Positions 25,418 through 40,169 of a stretch of 64,000 nucleotides of DNA are shown one piece after another. A program made the translations under genes and the position numbers. The DNA comes from the human T2T-CHM13v2.0 reference genome, Homo sapiens. The stretch lies in assembly GCF_009914755.1 (NCBI RefSeq), contig NC_060926.1, one strand, 5' to 3'. The stretch's first letter is position 1, and each line of letters starts with the position of its first letter. The notes under the pieces are model-generated. The model was not told the origin of the DNA, did no database searches, and saw only the letters and a list, made by a program, of their open reading frames with translations.

Positions 25418-26339
25418 GAGAACTTTAAATACAATATTGATACATACATACAGACGTCTTTAGACTGAAACAAAATCCTAAGAGCATACTTTCTCTTCAA
25501 ATGCCTGCAGAGCATGTACAAATTATGATTATGTGTACACCAAGTCATACAAAAATATGCACCCCCATTAAAATAATCAAGTGTACTCAAACAATAATTT
25601 TCCCATAGCACACTGACAAAAATGAGAGAGACTGAACCTACCCAGTGCTGGTACAGCACAAATGAAAAATATGCATCCTCTTACACTGGAATTAGGAAGA
25701 TCAGTTGGAACGAGGCTTCTGGAGCAATTTGACAGTCAACCTAATGATGTTTTAAGTGCACGGGCTCACTGACCCAGCTTCCACTTCCTGGAATTTGTCT
25801 AGTAGTGATACTTAGAAGTTTACAAAATATATGTATAATAATTGTTTGATGCCAATTTGGAATTGGTATAAACACTGCTACAACCACATAAATATCCATT
25901 CGCAAGGTATCAAAAGAGCAAGTTATATTTGCACACATACTGATACCAAAAGATGCTTATAACACATTAAAATGGACAGAATGTAAAACACAGGGCCCTG
26001 CCTATAGAATTATACTCTATGAAAATGCTCACACACATCACACTATGTTTAGACACAGAAAAAAGATACACTCTCACCCAACAGCAGCCCAGTGTAGGAG
26101 GGAGAGAGCCAGCTCCATTCAATGTCTATTTAGACACTTTGAGCCATAGCGCTTAATTTTGTCTTGGAATGATCATAAACCATTTCTTTACATCAGTCAA
26201 TACATAAACAATTTAACTCAATAAAACTTTCATATCTAAAAAAACCTGGAATCTTGCCCTCTGGAATTTTCAGACAAAGACGATTCCACCCAGGGAAAGA
26301 TGTGTGTAAGCGTTCCGGCAATCTCAAAGAGAGTGACCC

Positions 26340-26420
26340 AGACAGACCCTGAGCCTCTCTGCCTCTGCTCTAAGGAGCAGGACCCAGAGCCAAGGCTAAC
26401 AGAGCCTCAGGTGCCTGTCC
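26340..26420 (-). ncRNA. MIR2467: microRNA precursor hsa-mir-2467 (81 nt hairpin)
   Basis: Minus strand GGACAGGCACCTGAGGCTCTGTTAGCCTTGGCTCTGGGTCCTGCTCCTTAGAGCAGAGGCAGAGAGGCTCAGGGTCTGTCT folds into a long stem. It contains the recalled mature 5p (UGAGGCUCUGUUAGCCUUGGCUC) and 3p (AGCAGAGGCAGAGAGGCUCAGG) sequences. Confidence 0.9.
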
Positions 26421-27293
26421 AAGCGTCTGTCCAGTGGCCACCGTCTTCTCTCTCATGTGGACGCAAGACAGAAGTCGATGGCTAAGTGCCCTTGAAGGCC
26501 ACGGTGCGCTGGAAGTGGCAGGAAGCTGGGCAGCACAGGACTGGCTCTGCAGGAGCCCCACACTCAGGCAGGTCGGCGGCAGGCCTCGAGGTTTCATTAT
26601 GGTGCACGCTCTCGGTGACTTTCCAAGGACAGAAAGTGTGAAGTCGTAAATGGATGGGCCCATGACATGCTTCTGAAGCTCAGAGCAGGACAAGCTTGCT
26701 TCCCAATCATGTGGGTCCCCCACCTACCAGCTCTGTGACCTCAGGCAAATTACTTCTTCCCTCCAGGCCTGAGATGATCTGGGGCTGTACTAAATGCTTG
26801 TAAAATGCTTAGTGCAGCCCCTCACAGAGGCCCTCAAACACCAGGAGCAACTGTGGCCACGACCTCAGTGGGAACATGAGCTTCTTCCCAGACAGCCCAG
26901 ACGCCCAGTTGGAGGAGCACTCCCACCCCTCACACAACCCCTCATGAAACAACAAAGACACTGGGCAAGAAACCAGCTCTCCACATCACAACCTGACCTT
27001 TCAACATCACCCTTGTCAAAAAGCATCGAGGAAACCTGTGTGCCTCTCAAGTCAGCCTGCAAACCGGGGTCGCAGACTTGACTCCACATCCTCCCAGGTT
27101 TTATCATTCTTCTTTCACCAAGAGGAAGAATAAACCATCCATTTTGCACTTTGTGCTGTCAAAAACCAACAGTGACCACTATCAAGAAAAACAAAAGTCT
27201 CAAATCCAGAAAGCAAGCTGCAGTCACAAGAACTTCTACTTTGGGCAAAGAAAGCCCCGCTGTGTGCCCAGAGAAGAAATGACCCGGCCTTAC

Positions 27294-27315
27294 CTGGATG
27301 GCTTTGGGAGCTCAT
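27294..27315 (-). CDS. HDAC4: Histone deacetylase 4, first 22 coding nt (ATG AGC TCC CAA AGC CAT CCA G; phase-1 intron follows)
   Basis: Translation MSSQSHP + G matches the recalled HDAC4 N-terminus MSSQSHPDGLSGRDQ. Kozak context is GCTAGCA-ATG-A (purine at -3). Confidence 0.95.
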
Positions 27316-27335
27316 TGCTAGCAATGTCCACTCCT

Positions 27336-27410
27336 TTAAGTGATTCGAAATGGCTCAAAATTTCCACGGAAACGATAGCTCCAACGAGCTCCAAACTCCC
27401 ACCAACACAT
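27336..27410 (-). promoter_or_regulatory. uORF2 in HDAC4 5'UTR (MCWWEFGARWSYRFRGNFEPFRIT*, 24 aa)
   Basis: ATG at 27410-27408 and TAA at 27338-27336, ending 20 nt before the main ATG. Weak context (T at -3). Confidence 0.6.
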
Positions 27411-27437
27411 ACAAGTACCGGGACGGTGAGGGCTGGG

Positions 27438-27479
27438 TCACAGACGTTCAAGCGCCGAGCCTCGCCGGCAAGGTCTCAT
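27438..27479 (-). promoter_or_regulatory. uORF1 in HDAC4 5'UTR (MRPCRRGSALERL*, 13 aa)
   Basis: ATG at 27479-27477 and TGA at 27440-27438, both inside the exon. Weak context (C at -3). Translation is not demonstrated. Confidence 0.6.
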
Positions 27480-27627
27480 GAGCCAGGTAACCCACAAGTT
27501 GAACAGAGGCGTCCGCTGGCTTCTGCAGATGAACCTGCAAGGTCAGAAGGAGAAAAGAGACTGGAGTTACAACATGGAAGTTCCGATCTGGAAAACAACA
27601 TCCAACTAGGGAAATGATGACTTCCTC

Positions 27628-27964
<337 letters not shown>

Positions 27965-28056
27965 TGATAGAACAGTTCGACGGAATCATTTCTACAAATA
28001 CGAGCAGTGGGATTTTTGTTAGTAAATCACAGACATGTAAAAATGTCTCCAGAGAG

Positions 28057-28276
28057 CAGGGTTTCTCAGCCTCAGTACCACTGGGATTTTGGTTTGCGTA
28101 TTTAGGTGTTGGGGTGTAGGGCTGCCATACACATTATAAGATATTTAGCAGGATCCTGGGCCTCCACACACCAGATGCCAGCAGCATCTTCCAGGTCATG
28201 ACAACCAAGAATGTCTCCAGGGAGTGCCAAAGGTCCTCTGGGGGATAATATCATCCCCTGGTTCAAAATATCTGAT
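28057..28276 (-). mobile_element. MER20 (hAT-Charlie)
   Basis: cagggtttctcagcctc..., ccagatgccagcagca, gacaaccaagaatgtctccag..tgccaaaggtcctctggggg match the recalled antisense MER20. Confidence 0.85.
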
Positions 28277-30899
28277 CTAGAGACACCTTCCTTACCCCTT
28301 CCAGAAGTTTCTCCAACATTAGGCTTTTGAAAGGAAGCAGAGTATCTTCCAACTAATATAAATTTATTCTGTCATATTAGCTTATGAAATAAATATGAAA
28401 TAAAATGTTTTAAAAGAAAAATCACTTTCAGCACATTCCCACCACAAAATGTCATTACTGCACGCTTGCATCAGCCTGGATCCATAGACATTCGTAGTCA
28501 CAATGTCTGTGTAATCACAGAATTTAATTCTAAAGTCCGCATTCCTCACGTAACATGATAACCTAAAATAGTTCCCTCATGTTTCTGTCTTCATAATGAC
28601 CATTTTCTCAGGTTTTCATTTTCTGCTTATAAAAGCAATACATGCGCATCACAGGTTAAGTATTTAAAAAGTCATCCATGATGCCATCACACACAGACAA
28701 GCCCTTGGTAACATTCTGACATGCTTCCTTGCCGTTGTTTTTCTTTGCCTTTTGCCCATACGAACCTCTAGTGATACAGCTGTCTATCACGTTCTCTGTG
28801 CTGATATTACAGCCAGGCATTTTCCAATGGCATTAACAATACCTGGTAAGCTTCGTTTTGAAGGGCTGTTTCCTATTCCATGTGTGGATAGACAGCTGCC
28901 CCGCCCCACTTCAGGAGCTTCGGATGAGCCTGCTGCTCCCAGGGAAGTGTCGGGCCAAAGAGTGGCATGTGGCACCAGCTGAGCTCATCAAGTTCTCTTT
29001 CCAAGGCCTGCCTCTTCAACAGATCAGTCACTAGATGAACCCAAAAGAGACAAGTCTCAGCACTCCTACCACTGAGAGTCCCTGGCTGATCCCAGCTCAA
29101 GTGCTTTCAGAGGCTTCTGTGTTCATCTTTCTTTAAAAGTGTGACCAATTCCTTTTCTTGATTTAATTAGTCTAGAAATTTTTTTTTTTTTTTTTTTTTT
29201 TTTGCCAATTGCTTATAACCAAAGAACTCTAACCAGTTCATCATGTAAAGAATCACCCCCGCCCCCAAGGCTGGCTATCTAGATGCTTTCCAACTTTATG
29301 TTCATTGTATCTACAACTCTGATTAATATCTTCATGACTGTTGTTCTGTATCTGGTTATCTCCTTAGGAATGACAATGACTTATTTGTCTTCAGGGTCAG
29401 AATGTTTATTCATCTCTTGGTCAGAAAGAGACATTTTCTTGAAGGGAATGTAGATGGCATATTTTTCAAACCCTCACAAATCTCAGATGACAGTATCCTT
29501 CACACAAAAAAACACATCTCAGCTGGGTATAAAAATCTTAGATCACAAATATGCCCCCCTCAAAATTTTTGGATGTCATTCCCCCCTCAACATTGTAGGG
29601 AAGTTTAAGTCCAGCTCAATTACAGCTTCTTTCCAGGTAAAACTTTGGGGGCCGAGTCTTGATGTTGTGGTTGTTACCATTTTCTTCTGCCTGGAATCTA
29701 CTGGCATTTTTTTCTTGAATCTTAAAATTCAAAAACGTTGTCAGAAGATACATAAGTAAGAGTCTTTTATTTTGTTCAAAACATGACTCTTTCAACAAAT
29801 ATAGGTCTTCTTTCTGCTCAGGAAAATGTTCTTCAATTATGTCACTGATTATTATTTTTGTTAAACTTGTTCTGGCTTCTTCAGAGTTCCTATGCTATTT
29901 GGCTGAAGTCTCCCCATCAGATCTGGCCTCTTTCACCGGTGACACATCTGTTGTTTATTCTGCATTCCCAGGCAGCCTCTCAAGTATGTTCTTCACTTCA
30001 CTGCTGCTATTTTCCACAATATCCATTTTATTCCTTATGGCTTCAAATACAGATTTTAACTAAGCCATGAACTCTTTGTTCTCAACCACTTCCCTTTAAA
30101 CTCATCTCATCATCTTCTCACTCGGCCTAGTCCCTCCTCATACATCACCTTCTGCTTCTCTTTGTTGAGCCAGGTATTCTTCTAGCCAAAGCCTTTTGAA
30201 AATATTTTTTCCTGATTTAATTTCATTTTCAGAGGCATATTCTTCTGCACTTCAGGGTATTTCCCTCTTCCATACATTCTGGGATACCCTTTTTTTGACA
30301 GGTCCAAAGGTGAGGTTTGTTTCTGTTTATTTATCTTCAAATAGGAATAAGCTCTAGTCCAGACCTGAGGACTGCCAAGAGGCTATGTGTGCTCACTCCT
30401 ACCCTGTTCTGTGTTCACTTTAATACTGGTCAATTATGCTTCTCAAAGCTATAATTCTGGCAAGCTGACATGCACGGTTCCTAGCCAAATGTCCAGTGTC
30501 TAGCAAGGTTTCACCTAACATAGTGCTGACAGCTAGAAACGGATTCTTCTCCCAACTGCAGATTCAATAGAGCACAGGCATTTTCACTATAATAGAAATG
30601 TTCTGGAAGAACCTCACGCTCTTGCAAAACTGTATACTAAAAACACAAGGGCTTATCTTAGAAAAAAGAAAAGTTGCAGTAGACTATTCAAAACTATGCT
30701 ATTTCATCACCAAGGCATTACAAAAACATTACACAGAGAACATTACATTAAGAAAAACATCACATAGTTTTAAAAATATATATATAATAGTCCTGATCAA
30801 TGAAAAGTCCAGTAAACATAGAAATTTACCTTTTAAAAAGGTGAAAACAGTTTGACGGAACAGTAAAAGGAAGAATTAAAGCATCTAAGTTGCAGAACT

Positions 30900-32690
<1,791 letters not shown>

Positions 32691-32699
32691 ACGTCTTCG

Positions 32700-33740
32700 T
32701 GGGCCTGAATCCATCAGAGCAGCCGGGCTGTGACACTCACTGTCATGATGTTTGCCTAGTGGTGACATCCAAATCACCTCCTTTTTGCTGCACTTATTAC
32801 TTAGAATTCCAAGGCAAGGATGAGCTTTCACTGCTCCATCTTCCCAGTGACTCAGTAATCTGCTTCCGTTCGTGTGGACTCACAGATAGTTACGTTATCC
32901 GCTGTGTTATTAGTCCCATACTGCCACCATTGGTGTTGGTGCTAAAGCGCCGGCCGTCGGGAGCTCCTGCAAACCAGCTCCTAGGTTTTTCTGGCAAGCC
33001 TCCAATCCAGTCTTTTGTTTGTTTGTTTTTGAGCATTTGCTTACTTTCTGATTTTACAAGATGTCCCTGTCACAGTCCCGGAATCAATGGCTTCTCCAGG
33101 GAACCCTGGATCCATGTTTGGGAGAACTGTGTTCGGACCCAATCTAGTGCTAGGTGTGCTAACTGCTGCTGGGCGACAGAGCACGCAGGGCCCTCTCAGC
33201 AGGCAGCGCGCGTAGGGACTCACTCACACCTCAGTATCTCTGTATGAGTTTACACTTGAATAATCATGAGTCTATACTGAGACCTCAGATCCCAACATCA
33301 CAAGGTGTATTTTAGTCTTCCTCTTTCCTTGTTTTTATTAAATATCTTTCTAACAGTGGGAAACCTGGTTCCTATTATCTACAGTATCTTTTCTCATTTG
33401 TTTAATTCCGGTACACACACAAAGTCATTTCAGAATCGCTAACCTCTACACATGAGAAACACATTCACAAGACCACCATTTATACACGATTCTCCTTGTT
33501 CTCAGCCTTACCGTATCCAGGTAAGACACTGGTTTCCAAAGTTATCAGGTGAGTGCATTTGTAAGAGAGTTAAATTCCTTGGTTAGCATATGTATTTCAT
33601 GTTGAGTTCCCCACATACTGGTTGGTTTTAGTCATTTGTTTATTTTTTGGATATGTAAAAAGTACAAATATTTTAAGTAAAAAAAAAGTGTTTTCATATT
33701 GATATTTGCAATTTAAGATTTCACAGGTTTTAACATGAAT
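32700..33740 (-). mobile_element. Probable ancient L1 (L1MC/MD-like) 3' fragment
   Basis: Motifs ttctccagggaaccctgg, aatcatgagt..atactga and aacagtgggaaacctggttcctattatctaca typical of antisense L1M 3' regions. Boundaries uncertain. Confidence 0.55.
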
Positions 33741-35226
33741 TTCTCTTTAAAAACAAAGCTTTTATATTATGAAAACTTCAAACATATACAGAGTAAAGAG
33801 AACTGTGTGACAGCCCACGGCATCTAGCTTCAACGCCAGCCAACACCCTGGCATTCACGCTGCGTCGGTACCTCCTTCCACCTACACTGAAACGTCCGAA
33901 AGTTAACGGCACTATTTTGAAAATGCATATACCCATGTAACTCTATTACCATGTGAGTTCCTCCTCACTTTTACACGCACAGCCAAGCTAATGGGAAACA
34001 TGTTTCACATGATGTGGCCAGAATCCGGCTGTGTCATGAACAAGAGGGCTTCTCAGAATCTTGTGTCCTCTGCGCTGAGGGAAGCAGAAGCCACTGAAGG
34101 CTTCTGAGCAGGACAGAGGACCTGGGGTCGGGTCTAGGATAGGCCGAGATGACAGAAGCAGCTTGGGTGGGGACCCCTTCCCAGAGCTGGGGGGTGGGGG
34201 CTCCAGCTACTGGGGAGTGCATGGAGAACATGCCCCTCCACTCGGTCACATACTCAGCCTTCGGGTCACCTTTTCAGCCAGAAATGGTCATTCCCTGGTG
34301 CCTCTGGTGAAGGCTCACTGAGAGCCAGGTCACCAGGAACCACCCACAGCCTCCTGGGAGGAAGCCAGTGGGAGCTGCGATTTAGAGAGGAAGCAGAAGA
34401 CTCGGGAATCTGTAGACGAGTGGATCTGACATGAGGAGGCTAAGAAGCCAGCTCCAGAACCTGCTGGACAGAATATCAATGCCCACAGTCTATGAACCCT
34501 TCTTTCTGGAAACCGGCGAGAACACAGAGTACTTGAGCCAAAGGAAGTGAGAATTCAGGTTTTACAGAGCAGGCATGCTAGACCCAAGGTACACCTGTTA
34601 GGAGTTCATGGTTGCAAGCAATAGAAAATTGACTTTGGATAATCTAGGCAAACAGAGGAAGCTCCAGCGAGTGAACGGGGTAGCTGGCAAAGCAGGTGGA
34701 GGGACCCAGAGGCAGGAATTAACGGAGAGTCCCTCCAGAACACTGTCCAACCACACCTGATGGCCTGCGCTGAGCCACAGCCCTTGACCAGGGAAGCCAG
34801 GACACCCTGACAGGCAGCGCCGCCAATGTGGGACCAATGGGAATGAGGGTCATTCCTCGAAGGAAAACTGAAGAATCATTACCAGAGGGGGAAATAGGAC
34901 AAGGCAGACAGACGCCACAGACAGCCGCAAGGGGACCCGGAGACCCCAGCCCCCGTGTCACAGCTGGGGAGACTGAGTCAGCAGCCATGATGCTCAGTTG
35001 GGCTAAAAAAGTAGCTCCAACAGCCACAGACAGGACCTTCAGGGTCTGCCCAGGCACCCTGCCTTCCTGCAGCAGGACCCCAAGCTGTTCTGGCTCTGGC
35101 TGGGTCTGTTGTGACTCATGTGCTCGCTTATCTGATGAGCACCTGCCCCGTGCCTGGCTGCAAGTTCCACTGAGAGCAAACGGGAACATGTATCTCTTCA
35201 CACCCCCGGACTCTGGCTTGGAAAAA

Positions 35227-35375
35227 AGTACTAGATAGGAAGCGGGGGCACCCGAGCTCCACCTGGTCCCTTAGGAAAGAGTACTAGACAGGGAGCGGGG
35301 ACGCCCGAGCTCTACCTGGTCCCTTGGGAAAGAGTACTAGACAGGGAGCGGGGACACCCGAGCTCCACCTGGCCC
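35227..35375. repeat. Tandem repeat, ~2.8 copies of 53 bp
   Basis: agtactagacagggagcggggacRcccgagctcYacctggtcccttRggaaag starting at 35227, 35280 and 35333. Confidence 0.92.
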
Positions 35376-37339
35376 CAGCACTAGCCCAGTGTGTTCTCTC
35401 ACCCTGGACCAGTTCCTTATCACCCCTGAGCCTGATTCTTTTCTCCCCATAGAAGTACTGGGTTGGAGTTCATCGGCATCCCTGGTGTGCTGTAGGAAAA
35501 AGGCTCTGGGGCCAACGCTGTCTGGGAAATGTAAGTTCTCCAGACGGCTTAGAGGCTGCAGGTAAGGACAGGAAAGGCACCTCTCTCTCCACCTCCACAC
35601 CCACGTCCCACCTCCCAGAAACTGCTCCTGATCGCCCCACCCCAGACGCTCATTCCTGTCACCCTACTTTCTTGCCCTTCCAAGTTCTTTCCTTTTTCTG
35701 ATATTTCATTCTATGTTGACATTAAGTAGTTGTTTGTTTTCTCATTATCTGTCAGCCCCTCTGCCTGCCCCTGGCTGGAATGTGACCTCCTGCTGCACCC
35801 CTGGCCCAAGGCACACAGTAGGCACACAACAAAACTGTGAACTGAATGAACGTTTTTAAGGTCTTCCTGGATTCCCCTCAGAAACTACCTCACAGGGGGC
35901 TGAAGTTGAAAGCAAATTGCAAAAGAAACCGTTTTCTGCCTTTTGGGGGCTAGAGTTAAGTTTTAAGGATCTGATATCAAAGATTCCAGAAATTCACAAG
36001 TTTGTGGTACTTTAAGCCTCAGGACTCCCAATGCCTCAGAGAGCCTGCAGAGGGCTGCCATGAGAAAGCCAGAGTCACATACAATGCAGGGAACTGCTGT
36101 TGGCCCTCAGAATATCTGGGTTAAAAGAAAAACTTCACATTCCCTCATGAAGATCACAGGCAGAGAAGAGAAAAATTATGGAGTTAAGAACAAACGATTC
36201 TACAGCTGAAAACTAAATGGAACCCCTCATAAAGAAAGCAGCGCTATCTGAAGCCCACGAGGAAAGCAGTCTTTTCTATTGGATATGGGATGAAAACCCA
36301 TCAGTCAGCTGTCTGCCTGATACACCTCTCTTCTTTCTGCCCATTCCGTCACCTTCTCCTTAGGTGGTGTGTCTTTGAACAACCCAACGCAACACTCACA
36401 ACATAAAAACCTACTAGAAATTAAATGGTTTAATAAGACTTAAGCATGATCTAGTTCTTTTTATCTTGATGTATGTGTCTAATGATACTTCACTAACCAG
36501 ATTAGAGAACTACGATGATCACTTTTCTAAGAAAACACATGGAAAGCACATGCTACTAAGATCTCAAGGATCCATTTGTTTCTGAAGGACGTTTGAAATG
36601 TGTATCTGTACATCCCTAACTAAAATACATTCTAATAAATAATAGACGAATGTGGACATATTACAACTTTCAAACACAATGCCTTTTAGGATGTATTTTC
36701 CCCTAACTTACCAGATGCACTAGAAGTCCACACTGAGCCACAGAGCCTGTGATTTTAATTTACAAGCACCTTTAGCAAGACAGCCATGGTCACTCTGCCA
36801 AGTGGGCAGTTTCTGACACTGGGCATCTGTTTACATAAAGACATCTCTCTCTTTTCATTTCTGCTCCACACAGAATCAATGAAAGCAAATGCATCACTAA
36901 CGCTTACGTGTGGGTGTATTTCCTTCACCAAACACTTGGAATCTAAGGTTACCTATGGTTCCTCCTCCCGCAGCTTGGAAATTTTGAAATTTTGGTTGAC
37001 TTAATTTCATGGAATAAGCCATAAACCTTCCAAAGAGCAAAAGTCTTAGAAGCTATAAATCCATCAGAGAACATTCTTCTAAAACATCTTACCAAGCTAC
37101 CACAAAGAAATGTGACAGTGTGGGGAGGGCCAGTTTTGTCCCTTACCACACACCCTCCCCACCCCATTTCACGGGCAGTGACTATAGCTCAAAGTGCCCA
37201 CCATGGCCTCAGCCTGCCATGCTGGTGACGGAACGGCCAGTGCTAGTGAACCAAAAGGAGAACCCAGAGTCACACAAAGGAGAGCAGCCTGCAGAACCCA
37301 GTCCAGAACGCCAAATACACATCATCTCCTGGGCAACAG

Positions 37340-39300
37340 AGAGCCTTCACCAAACAGGGAGTGAGGCCAGGATGCCCACTCTCATCATTTCCATTCAACA
37401 CCCTGGCAGAGATCCTAGCCAGGGCAGTAAGGCAAGAAAAGAAAAGAAAGCAAAAAGATTACAAAGGAAAATGTCACTATTCACAGATGATATAGTGTAT
37501 ACACAGAAAACTCAAAACAATCTACCAATAACTATTAAAATAACTAAGTGAATTTTACAGGATTGCTGAGTAAAAGGTCAATAATGTACCAAAATCAAAA
37601 GCTATTGTATTTCTATACAGTGGCAATAAACAAATACAAAATAAGCTTTGAAAACAAGATAACATTTATAATAGCATACAATATTAGCAAATATCCAGTA
37701 CTAAATCTATCAAGAGACGTAGAAGAATTCTACATAGAAAACTATAAAACGTAAGTGAAATTAGAGATCTCAATACAAGGAGGAATATACCATGTGCATG
37801 GACCGGAAACCCCAATGAGATTCCGATGTCAATGTTTTGCAAAGTAATCGGCAGTCAATGCAATCGCAATCAAAATCCCAGCAGAATTTTTTTGAAAACT
37901 GACAATTTTACATTTTAAATGGAAGCACAAAGAACCTGAAATAGCAATCTGGAAGAGAAACAAGCTTGGGGGACTCACACTACCAAATATCAAGACTTCT
38001 TCTAAACTTGTGTAATTAAAGTAAACCAAGGAGAATATGCTAGAATGAGACCAACACAGAGTCATCTGATTATTGTGAGGATTCCACCCCAAATCCATAG
38101 GGAAAACAGGGTCTTTTCAATATGCAGTGCTTGCGTCAGCTGCTCTTTGATGCTAAATGAACCACAGCCCATACAGCCCGCCATGATGGAAATTAGTATG
38201 AGCTGGATCACAGACCTAAATGTTAAAGGTAAGCAATGAGGCCTGGTCTAAAAGACAACAACAAAAAATATCTTCAGGTGGGCAAAGATAGACAGATGTT
38301 AAAAAGGTACTGACCATGAAGGAAAGAAAATGATAAATTGTGCTGCACTCAATTAAGAACACTCATTTATCAAAAGATGCAGAAGAGGGAAAAGGCAAGC
38401 CACAAAATAGAAGAGACCCTGCCACACATACACCCAGCAAGGGACGGATATTCAAAATGTATAAATAATTCTTACAAATCACTAAGAAAAAGGCAGACAA
38501 CCTGAATGAAAAATAAGCAAAACACATCAACAGGTACTTTACAAGACAGGATTCCAAGTGGTCAATCAACACACACAAGGTCCTGCGCATGTGTGACTGC
38601 AGGGAAACGCGATAAAGCCACAACGGAACACTCCATACCCACCAAAATGGCTAAAATCTATAAACGAAAGGATACCATGTGTTGGTAAGGATGTGGTTGG
38701 CCGGCACTCACACACGAGGTTACAAAACAGTCAACGGCACACACCCTGTGGGAAACCCCTCGGTGGCAGGTACTACAGCCACACAAGTGCCATGCCCCAG
38801 CAATGCCAGCCCGAGGCATCTACCCAACAGAAAGACATCTACGAAGACACGGCAGCATTATCTGTAACAGTCAAAAACCAGAAACCTCCCAAACGTGCCA
38901 AAAGCTGCACGAATAAATACCTTGTGATGTCATCATACCACAGAACACCATACAGCAGTAAAAATAAACAAACTACACCTATATGCAGTGACACAGATAA
39001 ATCACAGAAACATCATGCTGAGAAAAAGCAGACACACACAGCAGCGCCTACTGTAGGGCTCCATGTGCATAAAATGTGAAAACAGGCAACACTAATCCGA
39101 GGTGGGAGACATCCAGACAGGTTCCCCTGGGAGGGGTGGGGGACGGCCACTGAAGGAAGAACAAGGGAGCGGTGGCGGGGGGAACACCTGCTCCTTGATC
39201 TGTGGAAGAGAAGGCAGAGCCTTCACTTGCAGAAAGTCAGCACCCGCATATCCCTCCTGGCTTGTGTACTTTTCTCATGTATTTTATAATTCAATAAAAA
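37340..39300 (+). mobile_element. Degenerate L1ME-like ORF2/3'UTR
   Basis: ggatgcccactctc, tcactattcacagatga, caatcgcaatcaaaatcccagcag, ggatcacagacctaaatgttaaagg, ends ttataattcaataaaaa. Confidence 0.78.
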
Positions 39301-40169
39301 ACTGGTGCAGACCAATGACTCAAAGCCATCTTGCACCAAGAAAGATCCAAATAATACTGATCTGACTGGTCCATGCAGCTTGCACGATCTTACCTGGACT
39401 TTCCAGACAGTGAGGAAGTATTTTATAATTCTTGCCACCATTTCTTACAACCAGTACATGTAGGAGAAATAGTCACCATACTACTCCTCTTAAAAGAAAC
39501 CTCGCAGAAACGGAAAAGAATTCTTTCAGAACCCACGAGGGTGCAAACACAGGGTGCAGATTTTAAATGGAGAAAAAACAGGGAATTCCCAAAGAGGTAC
39601 TAAGTCAGGTTTGTCAGACAAAATATATATGAAATCATTTTTAATTTGTGTAATTAAATGATTAATTTAATTTGAATTTAGGGTAATTAAAATTGAAATA
39701 AATTTTAAGCTTTAGAAAGCAAACTGTTGCTATATGACATTTCTGACTCCTGTCTATACAGTGAGTTTAATAAGCACTGTTTTCCTTAGTGAAATGTGGA
39801 GTGTAAGGTCTGGCTATTGTGTTTTATAAGAGTGTCATTTTATGATACGTGGCCACATGGCGCAAGACTTCAGATATTTTTCCTCCATAATTTGTTGGGA
39901 CAGATTTATACTTTAGTTTCATAATGGACTCTACACTTGAAAGTAATAAAATTCCATTTCACTGTGCTGTAACGGGAATAAAATAGGAAGGATTTCACAC
40001 AATCCACAGGCTTATGCTGAACAAGGCCAAAACAGGCTCTGCTGAGCTGAGGCCACCATTCCATCTGAGGCTCTGATTCCCCCACCCTCTGATTCTGGAA
40101 CGTTCGGAAGATCAGATACCAAGAGGATAAAGAGGAAGGGCCATGGGAGCCAGCAAGGCTAGGTCTTCA

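Larger units (their letters stand above)
27294..27534 (-). other. HDAC4: HDAC4 start-codon exon (exon 2), 241 nt: 219 nt 5'UTR + 22 nt CDS
   Basis: Minus strand reads ctcttttctccttctgaccttgcag|GTTCATCTG (polypyrimidine tract + AG at 27536-27535) and ends CCATCCAG|gtaagg (GT at 27293-27292). Both splice sites are canonical and strong. Confidence 0.95.

Noticed and set aside
27115-27324. ORF-track 69-aa peptide MLAMSSQSHPGKAG...
   Set aside because: Only MSSQSHP is real; the rest is read-through past the GT donor into the intron.
29400-30100. Possible antisense ancient L1 ORF1/HAL1 remnant
   Set aside because: Composition is suggestive but too degenerate to assign family or boundaries by eye.
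39385-39490. Strong - strand donor CAG|GTAAGA near 39393 as a possible alternative 5'UTR exon
   Set aside because: No convincing matching acceptor or promoter; isolated donor motifs are common.
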